64,000 bases of DNA from a bacterium. GTDB taxonomy: Bacteria > Patescibacteriota > Patescibacteriia > 2-12-FULL-60-25. Where the stretch lies: contig JAJYXM010000016.1 in assembly GCA_021796435.1 (NCBI GenBank), forward strand, positions 182,625 to 246,624. The letters run 5' to 3'. Within the stretch, counting starts at the first letter, position 1, and every line of letters begins with the position of its first letter. This document shows positions 9,996 through 19,826 of this stretch, in pieces. The notes under the pieces were generated by a model that saw only the letters and a list, made by a program, of their open reading frames with translations, had not been told where the DNA came from and searched no databases. A program made the translations under genes and the position numbers.

Positions 9996-10918
9996 TTATG
10001 GAACAAAAAAAACAGACGATAAAGCCTGAACTGAAATATATCTGCGACGACATCACGGGCGAGTGCATCATCCTGGCGCCGCATCGTCATAAACGACCCG
10101 AAGGTCTGAAGAAAAAGATACATGATCCTTTCGCGCCAAAGAATCTGCAGAGAGAGAATATCCTGGCGCGGTTCGGTCAGGGAAAGGACCGAGTCTGGGT
10201 CGTCGAGAACGGCTTCCCGGTATTCCCGGCGAGCGGTGAGTTCTCAGGTTACCAGGATATTTTCGTCGAGGGAGAGAGCTGCCAGCCTTTTCATTCATGT
10301 GGTATCGGGATGCTGGAGACGATGTTTGAGGCATACGCTTCACGTGCGCTCGAGATGCGGAAGCGCAAGGGCGTCAAATATATCCTGGTCTTCAAGAATG
10401 ATGGGTTGGATGCGGGCGCTTCGTTGCCGCATCCTCACTCGCAGATTTTCGCTTTGAATTTCATACCAAGCAGGGTCAAACAGATAATCAGGAAGCGCAA
10501 GGCCTTGGTCAAGCAGACCGGCCGCAACATGATCGAATCCGCATTGCGGGAAGCTGCCCCGAGATTGAAGGTCTATTCCGACAGATATGTGGTCGCGTAT
10601 GCCGATCCGGCATCGCGTTTCGCCTATGGCGTGCGCATCATCCTGAAGCGGCAGATAGACAATATAACCGAAGCGACCTCTGCCGAGCGCAAGGCGTTGG
10701 CCTCGGCGATCCATGCGCTTCTGCCGCTCATGAAGGACCTGGATTGCGCTTTCAACATATTTTTCCATGATGTCGTCGGCGAGAAGGACGAGCTTTTCGA
10801 GATCAATTTCGTGCCGCGCGTGAACCGTTGGGGAGGGTTCGAGTTGGATGGTGGGATAGTAGTCAATCCGGTCGCTGCCGAGACGGCAGCCGAGGAATAT
10901 CGGAGGGCGCAACGCTAG
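9992..10918 (+). CDS. galactose-1-phosphate uridylyltransferase-like / HIT-superfamily nucleotidyltransferase
   Basis: 308 aa with the HIT-like motif LPHPHSQIF and GalT-like organisation. Confidence 0.65.
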   Translation: MIMEQKKQTIKPELKYICDDITGECIILAPHRHKRPEGLKKKIHDPFAPKNLQRENILARFGQGKDRVWVVENGFPVFPASGEFSGYQDIFVEGESCQPFHSCGIGMLETMFEAYASRALEMRKRKGVKYILVFKNDGLDAGASLPHPHSQIFALNFIPSRVKQIIRKRKALVKQTGRNMIESALREAAPRLKVYSDRYVVAYADPASRFAYGVRIILKRQIDNITEATSAERKALASAIHALLPLMKDLDCAFNIFFHDVVGEKDELFEINFVPRVNRWGGFELDGGIVVNPVAAETAAEEYRRAQR

Positions 10919-10994
10919 GTCATAAACCCTTGTTTTTACATACCCGACATGATAGTATTTTGGGGTAAAAATACCTGTATTTCTATAGTAAATT

Positions 10995-11642
10995 ATGCAG
11001 ATTTATTGGCACGGATATTCGACCATCAGGATAGAGGCAAAAATCGCCGACAAGGAGGCGACGCTACTGACCGATCCTTTCCAGAATGAAGCCAGTTTGC
11101 GACTGCCGCGGACCGTCGAATCGGATATACTTCTGTTGTCCCATCAGGATACTTCGCGATTCAACCTTGAGGGTATCCAGGGAACGCCTTTCACCATCTC
11201 GAATCCGGGTGAGTACGAGGTCAAGAATGTTTTTGTCCAGGGCATCCAGGATCCGGCCTGCGAACCGGAGGAGAAGAAGCGTTCAGTCATATACCGTATC
11301 GTCGCGGAGGATATCTCGATGGCCTTCTTGGGGCAGCATCGGAGGAAGCTGACTGATTCGGAAGTCGAGGAATTGGGGGATATACAGATCCTGTTCTTGC
11401 CGGTCGGTGGAGGAGAGGTGATGGACTCCAAATTGGCGAGTGAGATCATCTCCATAATCGAACCGCGTATAGTCGTCCCGATGCATTATGACCTGCCAGG
11501 CATCAAGGCCAAGTTGGGGAGCGTCAATGATTTCTGCAAATCACTTGGTGTGTGCCAGAGGCAAGATGCCAATAAGCTGAAGATCACCAAGAAGGATCTG
11601 CCGAGTGAGGATATGGTCATAACGGTGTTGGAACGAGCTTAG
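10995..11642 (+). CDS. MBL-fold metallo-hydrolase
   Basis: 215 aa with a beta-lactamase-like fold pattern (MQIYWHGYSTIRIE..., ...VPMHYD...). Confidence 0.7.
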   Translation: MQIYWHGYSTIRIEAKIADKEATLLTDPFQNEASLRLPRTVESDILLLSHQDTSRFNLEGIQGTPFTISNPGEYEVKNVFVQGIQDPACEPEEKKRSVIYRIVAEDISMAFLGQHRRKLTDSEVEELGDIQILFLPVGGGEVMDSKLASEIISIIEPRIVVPMHYDLPGIKAKLGSVNDFCKSLGVCQRQDANKLKITKKDLPSEDMVITVLERA

Positions 11643-11660
11643 GAACATCGTTCCGACCGA

Positions 11661-12287
11661 GTGAATCGAGGAAAAATAAATATGAAGACCCTTGAACCAA
11701 AAGAAAAGAAAACGCGGCGTGCACCGCCCAGGAGGGCGGCAGCCAAAGCTACGCCGAAGCGGGCGGCCAAGCGTACTGCTCCGCCGGCGGAAGAACCCGA
11801 AGTGTTCATTTCCGGCAGGGGTTTGAGCGCGGACGAGAAACGTCGCATCATCTTGGCTCACGCAGCCATGCGCGAAACCCGCGATCCGGTACAGATCGTG
11901 AGCATGTGGGCCGGTGTGACGGCGACGGCGCTTATGGTCCTGTTCGGTTGGTGGTGGGCCGTCAAACCGCAGATCGCCAAGAACTATAACAATGAATTAC
12001 GTCCGGCGGTCAGCGATTTGGGCGCTTCGATCAAGAACGTCACGGAACAGATGAAGGTGGCGCAAGAGACGTTGAGCAATACTTGGACGGTCAAGGAAGC
12101 GGCTGCGGATACGGGAACGGCGCCGGGTACGGATATGCCGGTCGTGGATACCTTACAGCAGCTCATGCAGAGCCAGTCCGCCGCGATGACGCAAGGCGGA
12201 GAAGCCCGCGATATCTTCAACAAACAGACGGATGCGGCGGCCCCTTCATCGACGCAAGACGTGAATAACGACAAGAATAAACAATAG
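11661..12287 (+). CDS. hypothetical membrane protein with a Lys/Ala/Pro-rich N-terminus
   Basis: A basic N-terminus is followed by one TM helix (WAGVTATALMVLFGWWWAV). Confidence 0.45.
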   Translation: MNRGKINMKTLEPKEKKTRRAPPRRAAAKATPKRAAKRTAPPAEEPEVFISGRGLSADEKRRIILAHAAMRETRDPVQIVSMWAGVTATALMVLFGWWWAVKPQIAKNYNNELRPAVSDLGASIKNVTEQMKVAQETLSNTWTVKEAAADTGTAPGTDMPVVDTLQQLMQSQSAAMTQGGEARDIFNKQTDAAAPSSTQDVNNDKNKQ

Positions 12288-12299
12288 ACATAGCCAGGT

Positions 12300-14789
12300 A
12301 TGGAAGAGAAACAACAACCACCTTTGCAGTACATCGGGACGGTGAACGAGCAGGACATCGTGCAGGAGATGCGCAAGTCCTTCCTGGATTACGCTATGAG
12401 CGTGATCGTGGATCGTGCGTTGCCTGACGTACGTGACGGCCTCAAACCGGTGCATAGACGCATCCTCTATTCGATGTGGCAGAACGGTCTGCGTTCCACC
12501 GCCAAGTTCAAGAAATGCGCCACCGTGGTCGGAGACGTGCTGGGTAATTACCATCCGCATGGCGACCTCGCGGTGTACGATTCATTGGTGCGCATGGCGC
12601 AGGATTTCTCCATGCGTTATCCGCTCATCCGCGGGCAAGGGAACTTCGGTTCGATCGACGGCGACAGTCCTGCAGCCTATCGTTATACGGAATCGAAACT
12701 CGGCATGATCGCGGAGGAACTGTTGTTCGATATCGAGAAGGATACGGTAGATTTCCGGCCCAACTACGATGGTTCGAAGCGTGAGCCGTCGGTACTTCCG
12801 GCCAAATTGCCTAATCTGTTGTTGAACGGGACGCTCGGCATTGCCGTGGGCATGGCGACGAACATCCCGCCGCATAACCTGCGTGAGATCTGCGGTGCCA
12901 TCGGAGCCTTGATCGAGAACCCGGACATCACCGTCGAGGGTCTGATGGAGCATATCACCGGACCGGATTTTCCGACCGGCGGGATCATCTATGACGTAAA
13001 CGAAATCAAGCAGGCCTATGCCACAGGCAAGGGCGGGATCGTGATGCGCGCCAGGACAGAGATAGTGGAGGACAAGGCGGGTCAGTTCAAGATTTTGGTC
13101 ACTGAGATACCTTATCAGGTGAATAAGGCGACTTTGATCGAACGCATCGCGGAACTGGTTCAGGAAAAGAAGATCGAAGGCATCAAGGATCTGCGGGATG
13201 AATCCAACAAGGACGGCATCCGCATCGTGATAGAGCTCAAGAAAGACGCATATCCGCGTAAAGTCCTGAACCAGCTGTTCAAGATGTCGCAACTGCAGGA
13301 GACATTCCACGTGAATACATTGGCTTTGGTCGACGGCATATTGCCGCGCGTCCTGACGCTCAAGAATATCCTGGAAGAGTATCTGAAACATCGCCAGAAC
13401 GTGGTCAGACGCAGGACCGAATATGATCTGGCACGAGCCAAGGAGCGTGCCCATATCCTCGAGGGTTTGCGTATCGCACTTATCAAGATCGATGAGGTCA
13501 TCGCCACCATCAAGAAGTCGAAAGACAAGGACGAAGCCAAAGTGAATCTGGTCAAGAAATTCAAACTGTCGGAGATCCAGGCCAGCGCCATACTCGAGAT
13601 GAGGCTGCAGCAGCTGGCTAACCTGGAGCGCCTCAAGATAGAGCAGGAATACAAAGAGAAGATGGATCTGATCGCCGAACTGGAATCGATCCTGAAGTCC
13701 GCCAAGAAGATGCTCGGCATCATCAGGAAAGAGGTCGAAGAGCTGGCTGAGAAATACGGCGATGAGCGTCGCACGCAGGTGGTCAAATCTCCCGTGGGAG
13801 AATTCTCGGTGGAGGACTTGATACCGAACGAGTCGACGGTGGTCATGATGACGGCCGATGGCTACATCAAACGCGTACCGCCGGATACGTTCCGTACGCA
13901 GGGACGCGGCGGGAAAGGCGTGGCTGGGTTGACGACAAAGGAAGAGGACCGCGTGGAGCACGTATTCTCGACCAATACACATGCCGACGTGATGTTCTTC
14001 ACCACGCGTGGCCGCGTCTTCAGGCTCAAGGCATACGACGTGCCGCAAGGCAGCCGAACGGCGAAGGGACAGGCTATCGTGAATTTCCTGCAGCTCGGCC
14101 CGGGCGAAAAAGTCGCGACGGTCTTGCCGATGGGCGATATGGAAGGCGCGAAGCATCTCGTGATGGTGACGGACAAGGGCACGATCAAGAAGACGCCACT
14201 GGAGGAATTCGAGAACGTACGGCGTTCCGGTCTCATCGCCATCAACCTGCGCGAAGGGGACGACTTGCGCTGGGTCAAACCGTCATCCGGATCCGACGAT
14301 ATCGTGTTGGTCACGGCACAGGGCCAATCCATCAGGTTCAAGGAGACTGACGTCAGACCGATGGGACGCAATGCTTCCGGTGTGCGAGGCATCAACCTCA
14401 AGAAACAGAACGATGCCGTGGTCGGGATGGATGTGGTCTTGCCGTCGCTGGTCAAGAAAGGCCATCTGGAACTCTTCACCATCGCAGAGAACGGCTTAGG
14501 CAAACGGACCAACCTTACGGAGTACAAGGTACAGAACCGCGGAGGTTCAGGCATCCGCACCATGAAGATAACGGCAAAGACAGGAGGAGTGGTCGCGGCT
14601 TATGTCACAGCGACGGATGAGACGCGTGATCTGCTCTGCGTCTCGAAAAAAGGCATAGTCATACGCTTGCCGTTCAAGAGCGTGCCTAACCTAGGACGCG
14701 ATACCCAAGGCGTGCGCATCATGCGGTTCAAGGAAGAAGGTGACATGCTTTCGAATGCGACGATCCTGGGAGGAGAGGTAGAGGAATAG
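12300..14789 (+). CDS. gyrA: DNA gyrase subunit A
   Basis: 829 aa. The N-terminus ...[26 protein letters not shown]... carries the catalytic Tyr region, and C-terminal beta-pinwheel repeats are present. Confidence 0.95.
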   Translation: MEEKQQPPLQYIGTVNEQDIVQEMRKSFLDYAMSVIVDRALPDVRDGLKPVHRRILYSMWQNGLRSTAKFKKCATVVGDVLGNYHPHGDLAVYDSLVRMAQDFSMRYPLIRGQGNFGSIDGDSPAAYRYTESKLGMIAEELLFDIEKDTVDFRPNYDGSKREPSVLPAKLPNLLLNGTLGIAVGMATNIPPHNLREICGAIGALIENPDITVEGLMEHITGPDFPTGGIIYDVNEIKQAYATGKGGIVMRARTEIVEDKAGQFKILVTEIPYQVNKATLIERIAELVQEKKIEGIKDLRDESNKDGIRIVIELKKDAYPRKVLNQLFKMSQLQETFHVNTLALVDGILPRVLTLKNILEEYLKHRQNVVRRRTEYDLARAKERAHILEGLRIALIKIDEVIATIKKSKDKDEAKVNLVKKFKLSEIQASAILEMRLQQLANLERLKIEQEYKEKMDLIAELESILKSAKKMLGIIRKEVEELAEKYGDERRTQVVKSPVGEFSVEDLIPNESTVVMMTADGYIKRVPPDTFRTQGRGGKGVAGLTTKEEDRVEHVFSTNTHADVMFFTTRGRVFRLKAYDVPQGSRTAKGQAIVNFLQLGPGEKVATVLPMGDMEGAKHLVMVTDKGTIKKTPLEEFENVRRSGLIAINLREGDDLRWVKPSSGSDDIVLVTAQGQSIRFKETDVRPMGRNASGVRGINLKKQNDAVVGMDVVLPSLVKKGHLELFTIAENGLGKRTNLTEYKVQNRGGSGIRTMKITAKTGGVVAAYVTATDETRDLLCVSKKGIVIRLPFKSVPNLGRDTQGVRIMRFKEEGDMLSNATILGGEVEE

Positions 14790-14799
14790 AAATAACAAG

Positions 14800-16314
14800 A
14801 TGTCCGAGCAAGCGATCAGCAGATTTTCACGCCGGACCATGGTCGGAGCCGCCTTTATAGGCGGCTTTGCCGTAATGAGCTTGGAGTTATTGGAGGCACG
14901 GCTGGCTGCACCTTATTTCGGGTCTTCCGTGTTGGTCTGGACGAACATAATAGGCGTAATCTTGGCTGCCTTGGCTCTTGGTGCGTGGCTGGGCGGAGTT
15001 GCGGTGGACAGACGTCCTGATGGCCGATGGGCCTCGGCAGCTTTGTTCGGGGCGGGGGTGTGGGCCTTGGGTATGTCGGCTTTAGGCCGGGGAGCTCTAC
15101 TCCTGTTCACCTCGTTGCCGCAGCAGATAGCGACTCCGGCAGCCTCTCTGCTTTTGTTCGCGCCCCCGTCTTTCCTGTTGGGTGCAGTGCCGCCGGTATT
15201 GTGGCGTCTCTTGGTGAGGGATGTGGAGCGGAGCGGACATGAGGCTGGTCTGCTTTCGGCAGCAGGGACGGTCGGGAGTCTGGTAGGCACCTATCTTACA
15301 GGTTATGTGTTGTTGCCCAGATTCGGAGTGGAATCCTTGCTCATCATGCTTTCAGGTCTACTCATCATATACGCGCTTGTGTTGACGGAGAGGGCGAAGA
15401 CCATACCGATTTTGGGTTCGTGTTTTTCCATCGTGGCTTTGGGCTCGATACTGAACAACGTCAACGCGCAGGCTACGCCGGGTAAATTCTATCCGTCCGC
15501 CTATTCGCATCTTGCGGTCATCCAAATGCCTTGGCAGGGCAAGGAATCAGACCTGCTTTTCATCAATACGGGTCTGCATTCAGGTGCGACGATAGATGAT
15601 CCGAAACATAGCGTTTTTTCCTATGTCAAAGCGGCACAGGCGGTAGAAGAACTGGTCCCAGACCCGAAGAATCTTTTATTGGTCGGCGGTGGCGGAATGC
15701 ACATCGCTCATGGATTCCTGGAGCGGCATCCGGGGGCTACGGCAGACGTGATAGAGATCGACCCGGCCGTTTATGAGGCTGCCCGAGAGACCTATGGGAC
15801 GGGTGATGAGGCTGGTCTTAAGATGCACTTCGGTGACGCGAGGACTGTGGTGAGGGAGCTCGAAGGGAAATATGATGCGATCGTAGTGGATGCGTATGGC
15901 GCTGACGTAAGTGTGCCGTGGCATCTGCTGACGCGCGAGGCTTTACAGGACCTGTACTCGAGATTATCGGACAAGGGGGTCTTGGTGGCGAATATCATCA
16001 TGGCGACGGATCCTCGTCTACAGGACCTGACGTTCAGTCGACGTAGCCTGGCGACGATGAGTGTCGTATTCGACTGGGTTCTGCCTATATCCATGGGTAA
16101 TGTGACGGATGGCAAAGGAGGCATCGCGAACGTGTTGGTCTTCGCCGGTCATGGCGTAAAACCGGACGAAGAACCTTTGGTCCGCAGCATACGAGAGAGA
16201 TATGGCGTGCCCCTCGCACGGGCTTTCGTCTTGGATACGGATAATGCCTTGGTCTATACGGATGATTTCGGACCAGGGGATTATGACAGCGCGGATATGT
16301 ATCTGCAGAAATAA
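14800..16314 (+). CDS. fused membrane domain / spermidine synthase-like aminopropyltransferase
   Basis: N-terminal multi-TM domain plus a C-terminal SpeE-like fold (LLVGGGGMHIAHGF..., DVIEIDPAVYEAARETYG, VVDAYG). Confidence 0.75.
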   Translation: MSEQAISRFSRRTMVGAAFIGGFAVMSLELLEARLAAPYFGSSVLVWTNIIGVILAALALGAWLGGVAVDRRPDGRWASAALFGAGVWALGMSALGRGALLLFTSLPQQIATPAASLLLFAPPSFLLGAVPPVLWRLLVRDVERSGHEAGLLSAAGTVGSLVGTYLTGYVLLPRFGVESLLIMLSGLLIIYALVLTERAKTIPILGSCFSIVALGSILNNVNAQATPGKFYPSAYSHLAVIQMPWQGKESDLLFINTGLHSGATIDDPKHSVFSYVKAAQAVEELVPDPKNLLLVGGGGMHIAHGFLERHPGATADVIEIDPAVYEAARETYGTGDEAGLKMHFGDARTVVRELEGKYDAIVVDAYGADVSVPWHLLTREALQDLYSRLSDKGVLVANIIMATDPRLQDLTFSRRSLATMSVVFDWVLPISMGNVTDGKGGIANVLVFAGHGVKPDEEPLVRSIRERYGVPLARAFVLDTDNALVYTDDFGPGDYDSADMYLQK

Positions 16315-16316
16315 AA

Positions 16317-16358
16317 ACCTCCGTCCTTCTGCAGACGGAGGTTTTTTTGATCGTTTAC
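16317..16358. terminator. bidirectional intrinsic terminator between convergent genes
   Basis: aacctccgtc-cttctgcag-acggaggtt followed by ttttttt, with an A-run on the other side. Confidence 0.7.
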
Positions 16359-16361
16359 GTC

Positions 16362-16976
16362 TTATTTCCCGATGATCTTGTCTATCAAGCCGTACTCCAA
16401 GGCTTGTTTCGGGTCCATGAAGTTGTCGCGGTCCGTATCGGTCTCGATTTTTTTGATGACTTGTCCGCTATGCTTGGCGAGGATCCTGTTGAGCTGATCT
16501 TTGACCTTAAGGATACGTTCGGCACGGATCTTGATGTCGGTCGCCTGACCTTCCACGCCGCCAAGCGGCTGGTGGATCATGATTTCCGAATTCGGCAGGG
16601 CGAAGCGTTTTTTCTCCGCACCGCCGGCCAAGAGAACGGCAGCCATTGATGCGGCCATGCCGACGCAGATGGTCTGCACGTCGCAGGATACATGTTGCAT
16701 GGTGTCGTAGATGGCGAGGCCGGAAGTGACGCTGCCGCCGGGGGAGTTGATGTAGAGCTTGATGTCTTTGGTCTTATCCTGGCTTTCCAGGAAAAGGATC
16801 TGTGCGATGATGGTGTTGGCGACGGCATCATCGATGCCGGAACCGAGCATGATGATGCGGTCCTTAAGCAGACGCGAATAGATGTCGTAAGCGCGTTCGC
16901 CGTAAGCCGTTTTTTCTATTACCGTCGGTACGAGCCAGGAATTGGAGATTTGGGATTTGATTTCGTAAGGATTCAT
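16362..16976 (-). CDS. clpP: ATP-dependent Clp protease proteolytic subunit
   Basis: 204 aa with a ClpP signature ([27 protein letters not shown]). Active-site Ser/His context is present. Confidence 0.95.
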   Translation of the reverse strand: MNPYEIKSQISNSWLVPTVIEKTAYGERAYDIYSRLLKDRIIMLGSGIDDAVANTIIAQILFLESQDKTKDIKLYINSPGGSVTSGLAIYDTMQHVSCDVQTICVGMAASMAAVLLAGGAEKKRFALPNSEIMIHQPLGGVEGQATDIKIRAERILKVKDQLNRILAKHSGQVIKKIETDTDRDNFMDPKQALEYGLIDKIIGK

Positions 16977-17006
16977 ATGTCGAGTAACGGTAGCACGAAG
17001 GGTATT

Positions 17007-17033
17007 TAGCAGTCAAAGTGCGTGACTGCTAAG
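17007..17033. promoter_or_regulatory. CIRCE-like inverted repeat (variant) upstream of clpP
   Basis: TTAGCAGTC-N9-GACTGCTAA lies 31 nt upstream of the clpP start. It matches the CIRCE consensus TTAGCACTC-N9-GAGTGCTAA except for one symmetric, palindrome-preserving C/G swap. Confidence 0.5.
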
Positions 17034-17043
17034 TAGTCAATTC

Positions 17044-17080
17044 CAAGAAAAAACCGACCCGCTCGTTGAGCGGATCGGTC
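17044..17080 (-). terminator. intrinsic terminator after the minus-strand hypothetical gene
   Basis: Minus strand reads accgatccgct-caac-gagcgggtcggt followed by UUUUUU. Confidence 0.6.
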
Positions 17081-17096
17081 CTTAGTCGATTTTCAT

Positions 17097-17504
17097 TCAG
17101 TATGTCGTGTTTTTGGCTTGTTTTAGGTCGGCTTGGGCTTTTTGGAAGGTCTCTTCATCCCAAACCCCTTGCTTGGTCGACACGGAGCAGTAGCTGAAAC
17201 CGCGTTCTGCTTGGTCGGCAAGCTGATAGGCCGCAGGTTTGGCGTGCTGTTTGAGACCTTGGGCTTCTTGGATTCCGCGTTGACAGGCATTGTGACGTTC
17301 GCGAAGGTCTTCTTTGGTCTTGCCGATATTGGCTGCCAGTGGCCGCATGTCATCAAGAGGCACGCAAGCAGCTTCTTGGGCCGGTAAAGCGAGCGCTCCG
17401 GCCAGTGCGGCTGCTTTGGCCAGCTTGTTCAGCCTTGATGGTTTTTTAGGTGTTTCTGCTGTGGGTCTGGGCATTGATTCCGACATATGGAAAAAGAGTA
17501 GCAC
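17097..17504 (-). CDS. hypothetical small secreted or lipoprotein
   Basis: Signal-peptide-like segment (LAKAAALAGALALPAQEAAC) with 3-4 Cys. The true start is probably internal (MSESMPRP...). Confidence 0.45.
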   Translation of the reverse strand: MLLFFHMSESMPRPTAETPKKPSRLNKLAKAAALAGALALPAQEAACVPLDDMRPLAANIGKTKEDLRERHNACQRGIQEAQGLKQHAKPAAYQLADQAERGFSYCSVSTKQGVWDEETFQKAQADLKQAKNTTY

Positions 17505-17547
17505 TTTTTGACCAAGCGGGGAAAATGTCGGCCGTTCAGCCGATTCT

Positions 17548-18510
17548 TTACTTGACTATCACTGGTCCGTCGATCGTCTCTTGTATCCGTCCAGGTATGG
17601 CGAAGCCGGCGGCTTTTTTGTGGCCGCCGCCGCCAAGCAATCTGGCGATCTTGGAGACGTCGCGCTTGTAGCTGCGGAAAGAACCCTTGATCATGCCTTG
17701 TGGCGTTTCTTTGAGCGTCAGTATGGTGTCACCGTCACCCGTGACGGCGTTAAGGAAATTCGACGCTCCTTCTATCGCTTCCGTCGACACATCGTCGAAA
17801 TCGTCATTGAGCAAGTAAGTGGTGACTATGTCGAAGCGGGTGTTATAGCGGAGGCGCGAAAGCATGATGCCCCAAATGCGCAATAGGTCGACGGATTTAT
17901 CATGCAAAGTGTGGCGCACAATCTCTTGGTAGCGGGCGCCAGAGGCCATGAGGCGCCCTGATATCTCGATGCTCTTCGGAGTCGTGGCGGAGTTGGTCAA
18001 GTTGGAGGTGTCGAAAAAAATACCGGTCAGCAGGGCGGTCGCGATAGCCGCATCGATCACGATGCCGTTGGCCTCGAAAAAACGATACATGATCTCCGAT
18101 GTCGAAGTGGCTTCCGGCAGCACGAAGTTGATGTCGCCGTACCGATCATTGACTATGTGATGATCGATGTTGATGAGCTGATAGCCGGCGGGCAGGCGCA
18201 GGATGTGTTCATGCACCCCGGCATAGCGCAACGTGCCGGAGTCGAAGACGACGACGACGTCATAGGGCCGGTCAAACACGCCCGGGTCATCGGTGAAATC
18301 GCCATAGTGTTCAAGATAGATGTGTTTGTCGGAAGGCGAATCCTGACAGAAAAGCGTAACGTCTTTATTAAGGCTTTTAAGCCAGCGATGCGTGCTTGAA
18401 CTTGCGCCCAGGGTGTCGCCATCGGGTTTTCTGTGGGCGATCAAAAGAACACGCTCGGCTTTGTGCAGCGCTTCGTATATCCGGCCAAAAATGTAGTCGA
18501 CTGATTCCAT
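17548..18510 (-). CDS. nrnA: DHH-family phosphoesterase, NrnA-like (oligoribonuclease / pAp phosphatase)
   Basis: Contains DHH (IDHHIVND) and DHHA1 GGGH (LLGGGGHKKAAG). 320 aa, directly downstream of rbfA. Confidence 0.85.
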   Translation of the reverse strand: MESVDYIFGRIYEALHKAERVLLIAHRKPDGDTLGASSSTHRWLKSLNKDVTLFCQDSPSDKHIYLEHYGDFTDDPGVFDRPYDVVVVFDSGTLRYAGVHEHILRLPAGYQLINIDHHIVNDRYGDINFVLPEATSTSEIMYRFFEANGIVIDAAIATALLTGIFFDTSNLTNSATTPKSIEISGRLMASGARYQEIVRHTLHDKSVDLLRIWGIMLSRLRYNTRFDIVTTYLLNDDFDDVSTEAIEGASNFLNAVTGDGDTILTLKETPQGMIKGSFRSYKRDVSKIARLLGGGGHKKAAGFAIPGRIQETIDGPVIVK

Positions 18511-18543
18511 GCGTGATGGATCAGCTTAAGCTAAACAGCTGAT

Positions 18544-18921
18544 TCAGTCAAGCTTGGAGGAGTCGAGGGGTGGACCGAGATCGCCGCGTTTTTCCAAGTC
18601 GTTGATGGTCTTTTCGATGACAGCGGCTTCGGCTTCGGTGGTGTCGAAATCCCAGAACATGGTCGGTACCCGGCGCATGCGGAGTTTGTGGGCCAGGCCG
18701 TCTTTTATCTCATGTTGGTAGTCCTTGAGCGTCTCGACCACTTCTTTTTCGCGACCGGCCGGCATGACGGACAGCACGGCTTTAGCATGGAGCGAGTCGC
18801 GGGTGATCTTGGCTTCTATCACGGTCACGAAAATACCGGGTGGGAATTCCACGCTTTCACGTAAGACCTCGGCGATCGCTTCGCGAAGGTGTTCCATACT
18901 CTGTTCCAGTCGTCGGGGCAT
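18544..18921 (-). CDS. rbfA: ribosome-binding factor A
   Basis: 125 aa with the RbfA pattern (R..R..E.L.E.IAEVL...V....I...TV..A.I..D...A...). Confidence 0.9.
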   Translation of the reverse strand: MPRRLEQSMEHLREAIAEVLRESVEFPPGIFVTVIEAKITRDSLHAKAVLSVMPAGREKEVVETLKDYQHEIKDGLAHKLRMRRVPTMFWDFDTTEAEAAVIEKTINDLEKRGDLGPPLDSSKLD

Positions 18922-19036
18922 AATGTTTGTAAATAGAAGTTAGCAATAAGTTATGAGCTTGTCTATCATCCAGGATCTCGATTGGTCAAAATAAGTGAGA
19001 GCCCGGGGTCGAGTGACACCGGGCTCTGGGGAGCGG

Positions 19037-19732
19037 TCAGCGGGAGGAGGTGGACGACGGCGTGCCTGTCCCGTAAATCATGGTGATGTGGGTGCGGGCC
19101 GTGACGTCGCGAATGGTCTGCTTGATGCCCTCGACCGTCGCAGGTACTTGGATGGCACTTTCCGGAGGAAAGCCGATGTCGGAGGCAATGGCCTGGCAGG
19201 GGAGTCCGATGCCCCAAAGCGTCAGCTCGGCACCGCTCTCCAGCGCATGGGCGGTGAGACGCTGAAGCGGCGTCTTGAAGTCGACGTCCTCGTATTCTTC
19301 GGACGGTTCATCATGGCCATCCGTGAGCACATCGAACTTGAGTATGACTTCGACGCCCTGCGCTTCCGCCTGAGCCTTGAGCTCAAGTATGCCCTTCAAG
19401 AGCATCAAGATGCTGCCGTAGAGGAGCGTGCTCCTGCCGTCGGCTGCGTACGGTTTCAGTTCCGAAACCTCGGAGAGAGGCTGGGGTACGATGTCGAACC
19501 TCACGCCGTCGGCGAAGGTCGCGACGAACACCAGTGTGTCGGCGGCATTCTCGTTCGTCTTGAGGGACGATAGGTGCTCGTTGACCGCCTGACGAGGCGC
19601 ATCTGCCGGGAACTTGCGCATCGAACCGGAGCGGTCGATGAGCAGCCCACAGATGACCAGCCGCTTGCGGGCCAGGAACTCCGGCGGAACCGTAATCAGC
19701 GAATTGTCCATTGTGCGCTCCTTGCCCCCCAA
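19037..19732 (-). CDS. von Willebrand factor type A (vWA) domain protein
   Basis: Complete MIDAS: DRSGSM (DxSxS), a downstream Thr (RSTLLYG) and TDG. 231 aa with no TM segment. Confidence 0.7.
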   Translation of the reverse strand: MGGKERTMDNSLITVPPEFLARKRLVICGLLIDRSGSMRKFPADAPRQAVNEHLSSLKTNENAADTLVFVATFADGVRFDIVPQPLSEVSELKPYAADGRSTLLYGSILMLLKGILELKAQAEAQGVEVILKFDVLTDGHDEPSEEYEDVDFKTPLQRLTAHALESGAELTLWGIGLPCQAIASDIGFPPESAIQVPATVEGIKQTIRDVTARTHITMIYGTGTPSSTSSR

Positions 19733-19826
19733 CGGGGGAATGAGTCATCTAAGCAGATAACGTGCAGGCTGTCAATGCTTTCCACTTCCCGAATACGTGT
19801 ATTTTTAGTAACCTATCCAACATCGT

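Noticed and set aside
10340-10912. 190-aa minus-strand ORF
   Set aside because: Antisense to the GalT-like gene. No signals of its own.
12582-14156. 524-aa ORF on the minus strand
   Set aside because: Entirely antisense to gyrA. A shadow ORF of a conserved gene with no motifs.
19383-19748. 121-aa minus-strand ORF overlapping the vWA gene
   Set aside because: Alternative frame within the vWA gene, Arg/Gly-rich. The vWA frame has the complete MIDAS.
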